Source: Pirellula sp.
GTDB lineage: Bacteria; Planctomycetota; Planctomycetia; Pirellulales; PNKZ01
NCBI GenBank assembly: GCA_013822735.1
Contig: PNKZ01000006.1
Location: 117,809-181,808 of the forward strand
Length of the DNA: 64,000 nucleotides
Direction: 5' to 3'
This document shows positions 53,714-64,000 of this stretch, piece by piece. The translations under genes were made by a program, and so were the position numbers. How positions within the stretch are numbered: the stretch's first letter is position 1; each line of letters starts with the position of its first letter. The notes below the pieces were generated by a model, which was not told where the DNA came from, ran no database searches, and was given only the letters and a program-made list of their open reading frames with translations.

Positions 53714-55234
53714 CTAGCGCAGAAACAGCTGATAAACGGGATTCGCCGTTTCGTCCACGCAGCGGTAGCCGAGCGTGTCGACGAATTCTTGAAACGCCGC
53801 GAGTTCGTCGTCCGGCACTTGGATGCCGACCAAGATGCGTCCGTAGTCGGCCCCTTGGTTGCGGTAGTGGAACAGGCTGATGTTCCAGCTCGGGTGCATG
53901 CTCGACAGAAACCGCATCAACGCGCCGGGCCGTTCGGGAAACTCAAAGCGATAGAGCCGCTCCGCCGCGCCATGGCGGCTTCGTCCGCCGACCATGTAGC
54001 GCAAATGCTCTTTCGCAAGTTCGTCCTCGGCCAGATTCAATGCCGAAAAGTTCTGCGCGGCCAACGACGCGTTGATCGTCGCCGCGTCGCCTTGATTCTT
54101 AATCGCCAGCCCGACGAGCACGTGCGCTTCGCGGCCGTCGGAGATGCGGTAGCTGAACTCCGTGACGTTGCGTCCGCCGATCGTTTCGCACAGCCGCCGG
54201 AAACTCCCGCGCTCTTCGGGAATGGTGACGGCGAACAGCGCCTCGCGTTCTTCGCCGGCTTCGGCCCGATCCGCCACGAAGCGGAGCCGGTCGAAGTTCA
54301 TATTGGCGCCGCAGGTGATCGCCACGAGCGTTCGCTCGCGCAGACCATGCTGAGCCGCGTATTGTTTGAGTCCGGCAATGCCCATCGCGCCGGCCGGTTC
54401 CAAAATGCTCCGCGTGTCTTCAAACGCATCTTTGATCGCCGCGCACACGGCATCGGTATTCACCGTCACAAAGTCGTCGACGAGTTCCCGCGTCAGCCGC
54501 AGCGTCTCGACTCCCACCAGTTTCACGGCGGTGCCGTCGGCAAAGAGCCCCACTTCGGCGAGCGCGACTTGCCGGCCCGCCTTGACCGATTGAATCATCG
54601 CGTCGGAATCGACCATCTGCACGCCGATCACCTTGATCTCCGGACGGACCGCCTTGATGTAGGCCGCGACGCCGGAGATCAAACCGCCGCCGCCGATGGC
54701 GACGAACACCGCATCGATCGGATGCTGATGCTGCCGGAGAATCTCCATGCCGATCGTCCCTTGGCCGGCAATGACGTCGGGATCATCAAACGGATGCACG
54801 AATACGTAGCCGTGCCGCTGCTGTAATTCCACGGCATAGCCGTACGCCTCGGAGTAACTGTCGCCGTGCAGAATGACGCGACCGCCTAAGGCGCGGACCG
54901 CGTCCGATTTCAATTCCGGCGTCGTCACCGGCATCACGATATGCGCCTCGCACCCGAGCCGTCGGGCGCTGAGCGCGACCCCTTGAGCATGGTTGCCCGC
55001 CGACGAACAGATCACGCCGCGGGCCAGTTCCGCGGGCGTAAGTCGGGCCATTTTGTTGTAGGCCCCGCGCAATTTGAAACTATGCACCGGCTGCGTGTCT
55101 TCCCGCTTGAGCCACACCGCATTCCCCAACCGCGCCGACAACCTGCCGGCCTGCTCCAGCGGCGACTCAATCGCCACGTCGTAAACGCGCGCCGTGAGAA
55201 TCCGCTGCAGATAGTCGAGCAATCGGTCGTCCAT
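53714..55234 (-). CDS. ilvA: Biosynthetic threonine ammonia-lyase (with C-terminal ACT-like regulatory domains)
   Basis: PLP lysine motif HSFKLRGA, GGGGL loop, and ~506 aa length. Start at MDDRLLDYL. Confidence 0.9.
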   Translation of the reverse strand: MDDRLLDYLQRILTARVYDVAIESPLEQAGRLSARLGNAVWLKREDTQPVHSFKLRGAYNKMARLTPAELARGVICSSAGNHAQGVALSARRLGCEAHIVMPVTTPELKSDAVRALGGRVILHGDSYSEAYGYAVELQQRHGYVFVHPFDDPDVIAGQGTIGMEILRQHQHPIDAVFVAIGGGGLISGVAAYIKAVRPEIKVIGVQMVDSDAMIQSVKAGRQVALAEVGLFADGTAVKLVGVETLRLTRELVDDFVTVNTDAVCAAIKDAFEDTRSILEPAGAMGIAGLKQYAAQHGLRERTLVAITCGANMNFDRLRFVADRAEAGEEREALFAVTIPEERGSFRRLCETIGGRNVTEFSYRISDGREAHVLVGLAIKNQGDAATINASLAAQNFSALNLAEDELAKEHLRYMVGGRSRHGAAERLYRFEFPERPGALMRFLSSMHPSWNISLFHYRNQGADYGRILVGIQVPDDELAAFQEFVDTLGYRCVDETANPVYQLFLR

Positions 55235-55320
55235 GGGGCATTCGCGGCCGGGGGTGACGGGCAAGCAACCGCCCGCCATTACACACCAGCCCCGCCGCGC
55301 AAGCGAGGGGACTTCCCCCG

Positions 55321-57831
55321 TTACTCGCTGGTCTTGTTGTCGCGCATGACCGCTTCGAGCTTTTTTACGTCGTCGGCCGACAATTGCGGCCGATCGACTT
55401 TGATCGTCAGCTTGTTCAGCGTCGCCGTGAGCGCAAACGGCGGCTTGTAGTCGGCGTCGTTCACGCCGGTCAGCGTGTCGGAGGCAATGTCGAAACTCTC
55501 GTCCCACTGCAAGATCATCGGCAACGTCTTCGGCATGGTCTTTTCGGCCACGACCTTGCCGTCGACCTTGAGCGTGCCGGTGCCGGAGCGACCGAGTCCG
55601 CTCAGATTGTTGAACGCCAGCGTGCCGACGCCGAGACCGTCGTACTTGAAGTCGAACTCGACCGTATGACGGCCGGGAGCCAGCGCGTCGGGCCCTTCCC
55701 ATTTCACCCGTTCCAGGTCGATGAGATTCCAGAGAAACACCGGCTTCCCTTGCAGCAGATAGAAGCCGTAGCCGGCAAACCGCCCGCCCGAGGTAAGGAT
55801 CATCCCTTCGGCGCCGCTCTCCGGCACGGTGATGTCGGCGGTAATCGTGTAGGAACTGTTGAGCAGAACCGGCGAATCTCCTTGCGGCAGCCCGACCATC
55901 GGCTTCGTGTACACAAACTCCGTTCGGCCCGCCGTGATGTTCGGTCGCGGCGTCGCAACGCGACCGGCAACCGACGCGTCGAGCGGCAACACTTGATACT
56001 TTTTCGCTTCCGCCACAAACATCTCCTTCATCAATTTCACCTTGTCGGGAAACTGCGCGGCGATGTCCTGCGTCTGGCTAAAGTCCTTCGTCAGGTCATA
56101 AAGTTCGAGCACCTGATTGTTCAGCGGGTCGGGATTTGCCGTGCCGAAGGCTTCCCACGGCGCGCGATTCACCTTCGTGCTAAGCAACCACCCTTCGTGA
56201 TACAGGGCCCACTGGCCCATCATTTCAAAATACTGCGTCTGATGCTTCGTGGGGGCTTGGGCGTTCTCCGCAGCGAACGTGTAGGCGAAGCTGGTTCCCT
56301 CGATCGGCTTCTGCGGGATGCCGTCGACGACTTCCGGCGCAGGAATTCCGGTGACTTCGAGAATCGTCGGCACCACGTCGATCACGTGCATAAACTGCTC
56401 GCGCAGTCCTCCCTTGTCTTTGATACGAGCCGGCCAGGAGACCGCCATGTTTTGCCGAATGCCGCCGAGCCTCGAAGCGTTCTGCTTGAACCAGCTAAAC
56501 GGCGTATCGAACGCCCACGACCAACCGGCCGACATGTGGTTGTACGTCTGCTCGGTTCCCCACACGTCGTACCACTTCATCTGTACGTCTACCGGCACGG
56601 AAACACCGTTGAAGAACGCCACTTCGTTGGGCGTGCCCGTCGGGCCCCCTTCGGCGCTCGTGCCGTTGTCGCCGTTGATGTAGATGATGAGCGTGTCGTC
56701 AAGCTTCCCCATGTCTTCGATCGTCTGGATCACGCGGCCGATCTCATGGTCGCTGTAGGCCGCATAGGCCGCGAAGATTTCCACCTGCTTGATGTAGAGC
56801 TTCTTTTCCTCCGGCGTGCAGTCGTCCCAGTTTTTAATGATATCCGTCGGCCAAGCATCGAGCTGGGCGTTCTGCGGAATCACGCCGAGACGTTTCTGGT
56901 TTTCAAAGATCCGCTCGCGCACCTTGTTCCAACCTTCGTCGAACAGGTGCATGTCGCCGATCTTCTTCACCCATTCCTGCGTCGGATGATGCGGCGCATG
57001 CGTGGCGCCGGGCGCATACTTCACGAAGAACGGCTTCGACGGGTCGATCTGGTTGATGCGGTTCAAATAGTCAATCGCGTCGTCGGCCATGCCGGTGACG
57101 AGGTTCCATTCCGGCTTGCCGAGAAACGGATAGATCTGCGTCGAGTTGCGAAACAGGTTCGGCTGCCACTGATTCGCATCGCCGCCGACGAACCCGTAAA
57201 AGTATTCGAAGCCGAGGCCGGTCGGCCACCTGTCGAACGGCCCGACTTGGCTCGCCGCGAACGTCGGCGTGTTGTGATCTTTGCCGAACCACGACGTGGC
57301 GTAGCCGTTGTCGCGCAGAATGCGGCCGATCGTGGCCTTGTCGGTATCGATGATGCTGTTGTAGCCGGGGAAACCGGTCGCCTGCTCGGAGATCACACCG
57401 AAGCCGGCCGAGTGGTGATTGCGGCCGGTGATCAGCGCGGCGCGCGTCGGCGAGCAGAGCGCCGTCGAATGAATGTTGTTGTATCGCAGGCCGGCATTCG
57501 CCACGCGATCCATCGTCGGCGTCGGGATCACGCCGCCGAAGGTGCCGGGCACTCCGAAGCCCGCATCGTCGGTGATGATCAACAGCACGTTCGGGGCCTT
57601 CGCCGGCGGCACGATGCGCGGAGCCCACCACGGCTTCGATTGCAACGCGTTGTCTTGAATCACCCCGCCGAATTTCGGCTCGGGCGCGGGAAGTTGCTTA
57701 CCGTCGATCGTCGTCGTCGCTCCGGGAGAGCCGAGCGTGCCGGTGACCACCTGAGCTTGCGCCTCGTGCACCCACAACAACGTGGCCGTTAAAAGAACAA
57801 CCACGGCCCGCGCCGAAATCGAAAGTTGCAT
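55321..57831 (-). CDS. Arylsulfatase (formylglycine-dependent, type I sulfatase) with a C-terminal extension
   Basis: Signal peptide, CSPTRAALITGRNHH motif, and GKDHNTP. Confidence 0.85.
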   Translation of the reverse strand: MQLSISARAVVVLLTATLLWVHEAQAQVVTGTLGSPGATTTIDGKQLPAPEPKFGGVIQDNALQSKPWWAPRIVPPAKAPNVLLIITDDAGFGVPGTFGGVIPTPTMDRVANAGLRYNNIHSTALCSPTRAALITGRNHHSAGFGVISEQATGFPGYNSIIDTDKATIGRILRDNGYATSWFGKDHNTPTFAASQVGPFDRWPTGLGFEYFYGFVGGDANQWQPNLFRNSTQIYPFLGKPEWNLVTGMADDAIDYLNRINQIDPSKPFFVKYAPGATHAPHHPTQEWVKKIGDMHLFDEGWNKVRERIFENQKRLGVIPQNAQLDAWPTDIIKNWDDCTPEEKKLYIKQVEIFAAYAAYSDHEIGRVIQTIEDMGKLDDTLIIYINGDNGTSAEGGPTGTPNEVAFFNGVSVPVDVQMKWYDVWGTEQTYNHMSAGWSWAFDTPFSWFKQNASRLGGIRQNMAVSWPARIKDKGGLREQFMHVIDVVPTILEVTGIPAPEVVDGIPQKPIEGTSFAYTFAAENAQAPTKHQTQYFEMMGQWALYHEGWLLSTKVNRAPWEAFGTANPDPLNNQVLELYDLTKDFSQTQDIAAQFPDKVKLMKEMFVAEAKKYQVLPLDASVAGRVATPRPNITAGRTEFVYTKPMVGLPQGDSPVLLNSSYTITADITVPESGAEGMILTSGGRFAGYGFYLLQGKPVFLWNLIDLERVKWEGPDALAPGRHTVEFDFKYDGLGVGTLAFNNLSGLGRSGTGTLKVDGKVVAEKTMPKTLPMILQWDESFDIASDTLTGVNDADYKPPFALTATLNKLTIKVDRPQLSADDVKKLEAVMRDNKTSE

Positions 57832-58168
57832 GTTGCGAAGCGCCTCAAGAGTTGCGTGTGCGAATTCGACCAATCGTCGGAAGGTTTAGCACAACTATAG
57901 CCGCCGACCTCGATATGCTCTACCGAGCGGCCGCACTCGGCAAGAAGCAAACCGTTTGACAATCAGTTCAACACAGTGTGTGGGGGTAATCCCTTAAACG
58001 AGGGTGCGCCGCGTTGCGCGGTCACCGCGCTGCCGTGCGACAAGGCACATCGACCCCGAGCAACTCCCTTCGCCGTGTGATAGGCTGCCGAACGGGGCTC
58101 GCACGAACCCTCGCTCGGCATTCCCATCCGCCCGACTTTTTACGCCGGTCATTCTCAGAGCAATCTAT

Positions 58169-60554
58169 CATGCGTTCCAAGTTCGTTCTCGCCTCCGTAC
58201 TCGTCGCCATCGGTTGCATGCTCGGCTTCCAGTCCATGTCGGGGCGCATCGTCGAAGCGCTCGCCGACGAGCCTTCCCCGTCGTCTGCCGCCGGCCGAAC
58301 ACAATTGCCGCCGCCCGATCCGTCGTTCCGGGGCAAAATCGGCGAAACATATCAAGAGTCGACGCCCGACTTTCCGCAACCGGTCAAGGCGCCGGTCGGC
58401 GCTCCGAACGTGTTGATCGTCCTGCTCGACGACGTCGGCTTCGGCATGTGTTCGACGTTCGGCGGACCGGTGCCGACTCCGCACCTCGATCAGCTCGCGC
58501 AGAACGGCCTCATCTACAACCGCTTCCACACCACGGCCCTCTGCAGCCCCACGCGCGGCGCCTTGCTCACGGGCCGCAATCACCATAGCTGCGCCACCGG
58601 CGTCATCATCGAAATGGGCACCGGCTATCCCGGCTACACCGGAGTCATCCCAAAGAACACGGCGGTCGTTGCGCAAACGCTCCGCGACAACGGCTACGCC
58701 ACGGGCATGTTCGGCAAATGGCACAACACGCCGGAACCCGATATCTCGCCGGCCGGCCCGTTCGATCGCTGGCCGACCGGCCTGGGGTTCGACTACTTCT
58801 ACGGTTTCAACCAAGGTGAGACGCATCAGTTCTACCCGGTGATCTATCGCAACACGACCTGGGTTCCGCAGCCGAAGACGCCTGAGCAAGGCTACCATTT
58901 CACCGCCGACATGACCGACGAAGCCATTACGTGGACGCGGAACGTGCGCGCCGCCGATCGCAACAAGCCTTGGTTCGTGTACTTCAGCACGTCCGGCGTC
59001 CACGCTCCTCACCACCCGCCGAAGGCGTACCGCGAGAAGTATCGGGGAAAATTCGATCACGGCTGGGATCAGCAGCGCGAGCTCACGCATGCAAAGCAGT
59101 TGTCGCTGGGAATCATCCCGCAGGGGACGAAGCTCACGCCGCGGCCGGAAGTCATTCCCTCGTGGGAGAGCCGCCCGGCCGAAGAGCAGAAGGTCTACAC
59201 CCGCCTCATGGAGAACTACGCGGGCTACATGGAGTTCACCGACGCCGAAGTCGGCCGCTACCTGGAAAGTTTGCGCGAATCCGGCGAGCTCGACAATACG
59301 CTCGTCATGTACGTCGTCGGCGACAACGGCGCCAGTCCCGAAGGGGGCTTGGAAGGCACCTTTAGCGAACTCGCGAGTCTCATCGGCGTTCAACTCGGTC
59401 TTCAGAGCACTATTCATCGACTCGACGAAATCGGCGGCCCCACGAGCGAACCGCACGTGCCCGTCGGTTGGGCCTGGGCCATGGATGCGCCGTTTCAATG
59501 GACCAAGCAAGTGGCGTCGCATTTCGGCGGTACGCGCAATCCGCTCGTCGTGCATTGGCCCAAGGGCATCAAGGCAAAGGGGGAAATCCGCGACCAATTC
59601 CACCATGTCATCGACGTGGTGCCGACGATCCTCGAGGCCTGCAAGATCCCCGAGCCGAAGGTCGTCAACGGCATCGCGCAGAAGCCCATCGAAGGCGTGT
59701 CGATGCTTTACTCCTTCGACGACGACGGCGCGAAAGACCGACGCCTGACGCAATACTTCGAAATGAAGACGAATCGCGCCCTCTATCACGACGGCTGGAC
59801 CGCTTGCTGCCGCGTCGGCACTCCCGTCGACCGCGGCGTCGGCGTCGGCGACTTCCTGAACACGCCGTGGGAACTCTACAACGTCGAGCAAGACTTCAGC
59901 CAAGCCGACGATCTCGCGGCGCAGGAACCGGAGAAACTCAAAGCCTTGCAGGGCCTGTTTCTCGAAGAGGCGAAGAAGTACGACGTCTTCCCGCTCGACC
60001 CGCGCTTCTCCGAGCGCATGGACCCGAAGCTACGCGAGTCGGGGGTTCCGCCGACGCAATGGACCTACTACGGCAATAGCGTCTGGCTGCCGGAGCCGAT
60101 CGGTCCGCAACTATTCCCGCGCGCCCACTCGATCACCGCGGAACTGACGATCCCCGCCGGCGGCGCCGAAGGAGTCGTCACGTGCGCCGGGGCGTTCTCC
60201 GCCGGCTGGTCGCTCTATATCCAAGACGGCAAACCGGCGTTTCGCTACACCGGCTTCGAAATTTCCGACACGACCATCGAGGGCGCCGTCGCCATGGGCG
60301 AGGGAAAGGTCACGCTGAAGACCGAATTCATTCCCGACGGCACGAAAGAAGGCTCGGGCACGCTCAAGCTATTCGTCGACGGCAAGCCGGCCGGCGAAGG
60401 GAAGATCGCGCGCACGTTCTTTCGACACGGCCTCGAACCGTTTGAAGTCGGCCGCGATTCCATCACCCCCGTCGCGCCGGCGTACAAAGACCGCGGCACG
60501 TTCGAATTCACGGGCACCATCCGCCGCATCGAATTCGCGCTCACGAAACCGTAG
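58169..60554 (+). CDS. Arylsulfatase (type I), paralogous and divergent to the upstream sulfatase
   Basis: CSPTRGALLTGRNHH, GKWHNTP, and similar domain order. Confidence 0.85.
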
Positions 60555-60664
60555 TCGCTACCGAGCGACGTAAACCGAACGAACGTCTCTTCCGGCTGCG
60601 AGCGCGCCGGCACCTTCGCCCGGCCAAACATCCGGCCCGCCGCTCCGTAGCCGCGCCGACTTCG

Positions 60665-61181
60665 TTACTTTTGGATTCTCAGCGAATCCAAAAACTGCCG
60701 CGCCTCCGCGCCGGTCACGGCGTCGTGGTCGTTGCCCACAACTCCCACGTAAATCACGCGGTCGCCGGCGAAATAGACTCGCGTCGCCATCGTATTGCGA
60801 TCATTCACTTCGATGATGTACTGTCGGCCTGGGAAACCGTTGAGGGCGATCTCTTTGTTTTCGAGCAACTTCCCCTTACTGGCTTGCACTGCCCCCTGCA
60901 CGACTCCCAATAGATACGCCGGCACGTTCTTTTCTTGGCGTAGTTTCTCGTTCACGATCCAGTGGCAAGTGAGGTAGAGATCCTCCACCTTCTTGCGCTG
61001 CGGCCCCGTCGCCACATGGATGGTGTCGGTGCCGTCGGATGTATCCCGAAGCGTCGGCTCGGCGGGAAACACCACGTCGAAGCCGGCATCCCGCGGCGAG
61101 AATCGCTTGCCCGCCGGCGCATCCTGTGCAGACGCGATCGCGCCGACGGCGACACTCAGAACGAAGGCCAAGATTGCTCGC
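60665..61181 (-). CDS. Secreted hypothetical protein (172 aa)
   Basis: Signal peptide MRAILAFVLSVAVGAIASAQ. The N-terminal ORF extension is rejected. Confidence 0.45.
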
Positions 61182-61326
61182 ATATGTCGCTCGTCTCGTG
61201 AGGACTTTTTCCAGGAAGGGGCAACGCGCCCGGAACGTTTCCCCAAGCACGATCCCGAACACGATACCGAATTGGGCAGGGTCGATCCACGGGAACGCGG
61301 TGCGGCGTTCGTTGCTTCGGAGAACG

Positions 61327-61677
61327 CTACCCGCCGTGGGCCGTGATGGCTTCGCCGAGCGTAGGATAGATTTGGAACAGGCGGTTGAGGCCGACCACGC
61401 CGAGGATTTCGGCCACGGTGCCGTGAACGCCGGCGAGCTTCACGTCGCCGCCGAGCTTCTTCATGCGGGAGTTCACCCGTACGAGCATGCCGAGGCCCAT
61501 GCTGGAAATGTATTCGAGCAGATCGCAATCCAAGATCAGCTTCTTGCGCCCTTCGAGAATCTCCTCCTCGACGCACTCGATGAGGTAGGCGCAGTTGTCT
61601 TCGTCGATCTTACCGGTGAGGAGCACGGCCACGATGTCGCCGTTTTTACCGACCTGCTGATACTTGAAATGGAGCAT
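61327..61677 (-). CDS. STAS-domain anti-sigma-factor antagonist
   Basis: The LILDCDLLEYISSMGLGMLV...LAGVHGTVAEIL pattern, and 116 aa length. Confidence 0.7.
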   Translation of the reverse strand: MLHFKYQQVGKNGDIVAVLLTGKIDEDNCAYLIECVEEEILEGRKKLILDCDLLEYISSMGLGMLVRVNSRMKKLGGDVKLAGVHGTVAEILGVVGLNRLFQIYPTLGEAITAHGG

Positions 61678-61890
61678 GTTCTTGATGGAGTAGAGAGGAA
61701 AGTTCGTCGACGCTTCCGCCGGCCAATAACGTAGCAAGAACTTCGACGTGCGTCTTGCCTCTTCCGCTCCCGCCGCATGAAAACGTCGACGCCAGTCCTT
61801 CGGCGGGCACCGTATCGCCACAGCGCGCCCCGCCGACTCCGTCGCCGACGACGGCCGGAATTTCGGCTTTTTACGTGGGGGTCGAGGTTC

Positions 61891-63150
61891 TCACCGGAGC
61901 AGTTCCAGGATCGGCTTCTCGTCGGCATCCACGATGCGCACCGGACGGTTCACGCCGGTCGGGTGCTTTTCCTTGGTGTAATCCATGTCGAGCAGTCGAC
62001 ACACGGTCGCGAGGAAGTCGTTCATTTTCACGGGGCGATCGACCACTTCCGTCGCCGTCTCGTCCGTTTTGCCCACCACTTGCCCGCCGCGCACGCCGCC
62101 TCCCGCCAGCAATGCGGACCAAGCTTTCGCATGATGGTTGCGACCGCCGCCGGAAGTAATCTGCGGCGATCTTCCGAACTCTCCCATCCAGACGATGAGC
62201 GTGTCCTGCAGTCGTCCCCGCGATTCCAGATCGCGCATGAGCGCCGTCATCGCTTGATCGACTTCAAGCGACAACGCCTTGGTGCGGGGAAAGTTTCCTT
62301 GGTGCGTGTCCCATTCCGCTTGCCGCATATTCACTTCGATGAACGGCACGCCGACTTCCACGAGTCGTCGAGCCAGCAAGCAACCTTGGGCAAAGCTCCC
62401 TTCGCCGTACGCGTCCGAGTCGTCTTCCTTCGACAAATCGAAAGCCGCCAGTTCCGGCGCGCGCATCAAGCGCTTCGACGCTTCGATCGTCACGGCATGC
62501 GACTGCGACAAAGCTGATTGGTACCGCGACGTGAACGGACGTTCTAGTTTGCCCAACAGATCGAGTCGACGATCCAACGAGACGTCGTCGAACCCGGGAC
62601 GGACGTATTCGACGCCGCGCACGGGATCGGTAATGTACAGCGGTTGATGCCGCTGACCTAAAAAGCCCGAACTCGTTCCGGAGCGCGAGCCGGCCCCGAT
62701 CACGACATAGTGCGGCAAGGCGAAGTCGTCCCGCCCGAGTTCGGCGGAAGCCGTCGCTCCTAATGCCGGAAACGACAGGCCGCCGGCGCGCAACGGATAT
62801 CCCGTATGCACATGATACGAGGCCAGATTATGGTCCGATTCCGGCGTGGTCATGCTGCGAATGACGGCGACGTCCCGCATCCGACGAGCCAGCTGCGGGA
62901 AGTGCTCGCTGATTTGAATGCCCGGGACCGCAGTCTCAATCGCCTCGAATTCGCCGCGCACTTGCCGCGGCGCGTCGGGCTTCAAATCGAACGTATCGAG
63001 ATGGCTCGGGCCCCCCGTCATCCAAAGCAGAATACACGATTTGCGTTTCGCGGTCGGGTCCGCGGCGGCGCGGGCCGCTAAGGTTTGCAACCAGGGGGCA
63101 AACGCGGCGAGCCCGGCTCCGCGCCGCACGAATTCGCGCCGAGTGAACAT
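61891..63150 (-). CDS. DUF1501 family protein (TAT signal)
   Basis: MFTRREFVRRGAGLAA, WDTHQGN, and GGGRNHH. Confidence 0.85.
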   Translation of the reverse strand: MFTRREFVRRGAGLAAFAPWLQTLAARAAADPTAKRKSCILLWMTGGPSHLDTFDLKPDAPRQVRGEFEAIETAVPGIQISEHFPQLARRMRDVAVIRSMTTPESDHNLASYHVHTGYPLRAGGLSFPALGATASAELGRDDFALPHYVVIGAGSRSGTSSGFLGQRHQPLYITDPVRGVEYVRPGFDDVSLDRRLDLLGKLERPFTSRYQSALSQSHAVTIEASKRLMRAPELAAFDLSKEDDSDAYGEGSFAQGCLLARRLVEVGVPFIEVNMRQAEWDTHQGNFPRTKALSLEVDQAMTALMRDLESRGRLQDTLIVWMGEFGRSPQITSGGGRNHHAKAWSALLAGGGVRGGQVVGKTDETATEVVDRPVKMNDFLATVCRLLDMDYTKEKHPTGVNRPVRIVDADEKPILELLR

Positions 63151-63170
63151 GTTTTGCACGGCTTGCCTCC

Positions 63171-64000
63171 TTAATGATTCGTCGAGAATTCGCCGCAGTT
63201 GACGAGGCTCCAAAGCAGTTCCGCATACGCCTCATCGCGCGAACCGGGATGCGCGCGGAAGAACTCTTGGAGAACGCCCCGTTCTTGCTCCGTCGGGCGA
63301 CGCGAAAGGACGCGGAGATAAAGCCGATCGACTGCCTGCTCTTCGGTCGCGGCATCTCCCACGATGCCCCGAATCGCAGCCGATTCCTGCCGGGGCGACC
63401 ACCATTGGTCGGAGTTCATCATTCGCAGCGTTTGCGGAATGCCGCGCGTGTAGGCCGTCGGATCGGCCTCTCCTTCGCTTCGAAAGAAGCCGACGAACTC
63501 GTCCCGCGGATCGCCGCCGCGCCGTCCCCCTTTCACAGGTCCGCTCGGCGGCAGAGCGACCGAAAGCGACTCGTATAGCTGTTCCGGCGTGAGCAGCTTC
63601 ATGCGCATATGACTCAACAGCAACGCGTCCCGTTCGTTGCCGTCGCTCGGCATGCTGGTGCGCTGGTAAACCGCGCTCGAGCACACGGCCCGATAGATCG
63701 CGCGGAGGTCGTAGTCGGCGGCGACGAGCGCCGCGCTCAAATCGGCCAAGAGTTCCGGATGCGAAGGCTCGTTCCCCTCGTGCATGTCGTCGACCGGTTC
63801 GACGAGCCCTCGGCCGAAGAGCTGCGCCCAGATTCGATTCACCGCCGCCCGCGCAAAGTACGGATTATCGCGCGCCGTGAGCCACCGCGCAAACGCTTGG
63901 CGATGCGGAGTGCCGTCCGACGACCACTCGTCTCCCTTGGGAAACTTGAGCGTTCGCAATCGTGACGACTCGTCCAACTTGTCCAACGCGACGTTCGGGT
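63171..64000 (-). CDS. DUF1553 (PSD1) protein, C-terminal part; the 5' end lies beyond the window
   Basis: C-terminus LWSLVNCGEFSTNH. The 20-bp gap to the downstream DUF1501 gene matches the usual pair arrangement. Confidence 0.75.
   Translation of the reverse strand, partial: PNVALDKLDESSRLRTLKFPKGDEWSSDGTPHRQAFARWLTARDNPYFARAAVNRIWAQLFGRGLVEPVDDMHEGNEPSHPELLADLSAALVAADYDLRAIYRAVCSSAVYQRTSMPSDGNERDALLLSHMRMKLLTPEQLYESLSVALPPSGPVKGGRRGGDPRDEFVGFFRSEGEADPTAYTRGIPQTLRMMNSDQWWSPRQESAAIRGIVGDAATEEQAVDRLYLRVLSRRPTEQERGVLQEFFRAHPGSRDEAYAELLWSLVNCGEFSTNH

Noticed and set aside
55384-57792. 802-aa + strand ORF; similarly 58155..59903 (-), 33990..35198 (+), 35766..36785 (+), 49318..50523 (-)
   Set aside because: These are antisense to sulfatase, DUF1501, DUF1553 and PVC heme protein genes that carry clear family motifs. 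They are high-GC antisense artefacts.

Overview
High-GC (~60-65%) bacterial chromosomal segment, almost certainly from a Planctomycetota-type genome. Paired DUF1549/DUF1553 + DUF1501 genes occur twice, alongside a PVC-type heme-binding CxxCH protein, two divergent arylsulfatases, several TAT/Sec-signal oxidoreductases and esterases, and many genes without a Shine-Dalgarno sequence. About 50 CDS are supportable. Housekeeping genes (secA, ruvX, manC, ilvD, ilvA, a UDP-sugar pyrophosphorylase, a hybrid histidine kinase, Fur, flgM, STAS) are interleaved with secreted hydrolases and lineage-specific DUF proteins. The long antisense or alternate-frame ORFs in the track (e.g. 705..3671, 55384..57792, 58155..59903, the N-terminal half of 20364..22496) are treated as high-GC artefacts. 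No rRNA, tRNA, CRISPR array, transposase or integrase was found. The most unusual content is non-coding: at least five families of short palindromic or heptamer-repeat elements sit in intergenic regions, sometimes overlapping start codons or encoding N-terminal peptides. There is also a ~1 kb ORF-free divergent region upstream of flgM. Other points of interest are an apbE gene with no signal peptide, translationally coupled to a TAT-exported Gfo/Idh/MocA oxidoreductase; a 120-aa two-TM protein with a K+-channel-pore-like core; an NfeD-flotillin operon with a His-rich NfeD; and a cluster of a vWA membrane protein plus two secreted proteins of unknown function. I could not run any homology search or RNA folding. 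All calls rest on motifs read directly from the translations and sequence.
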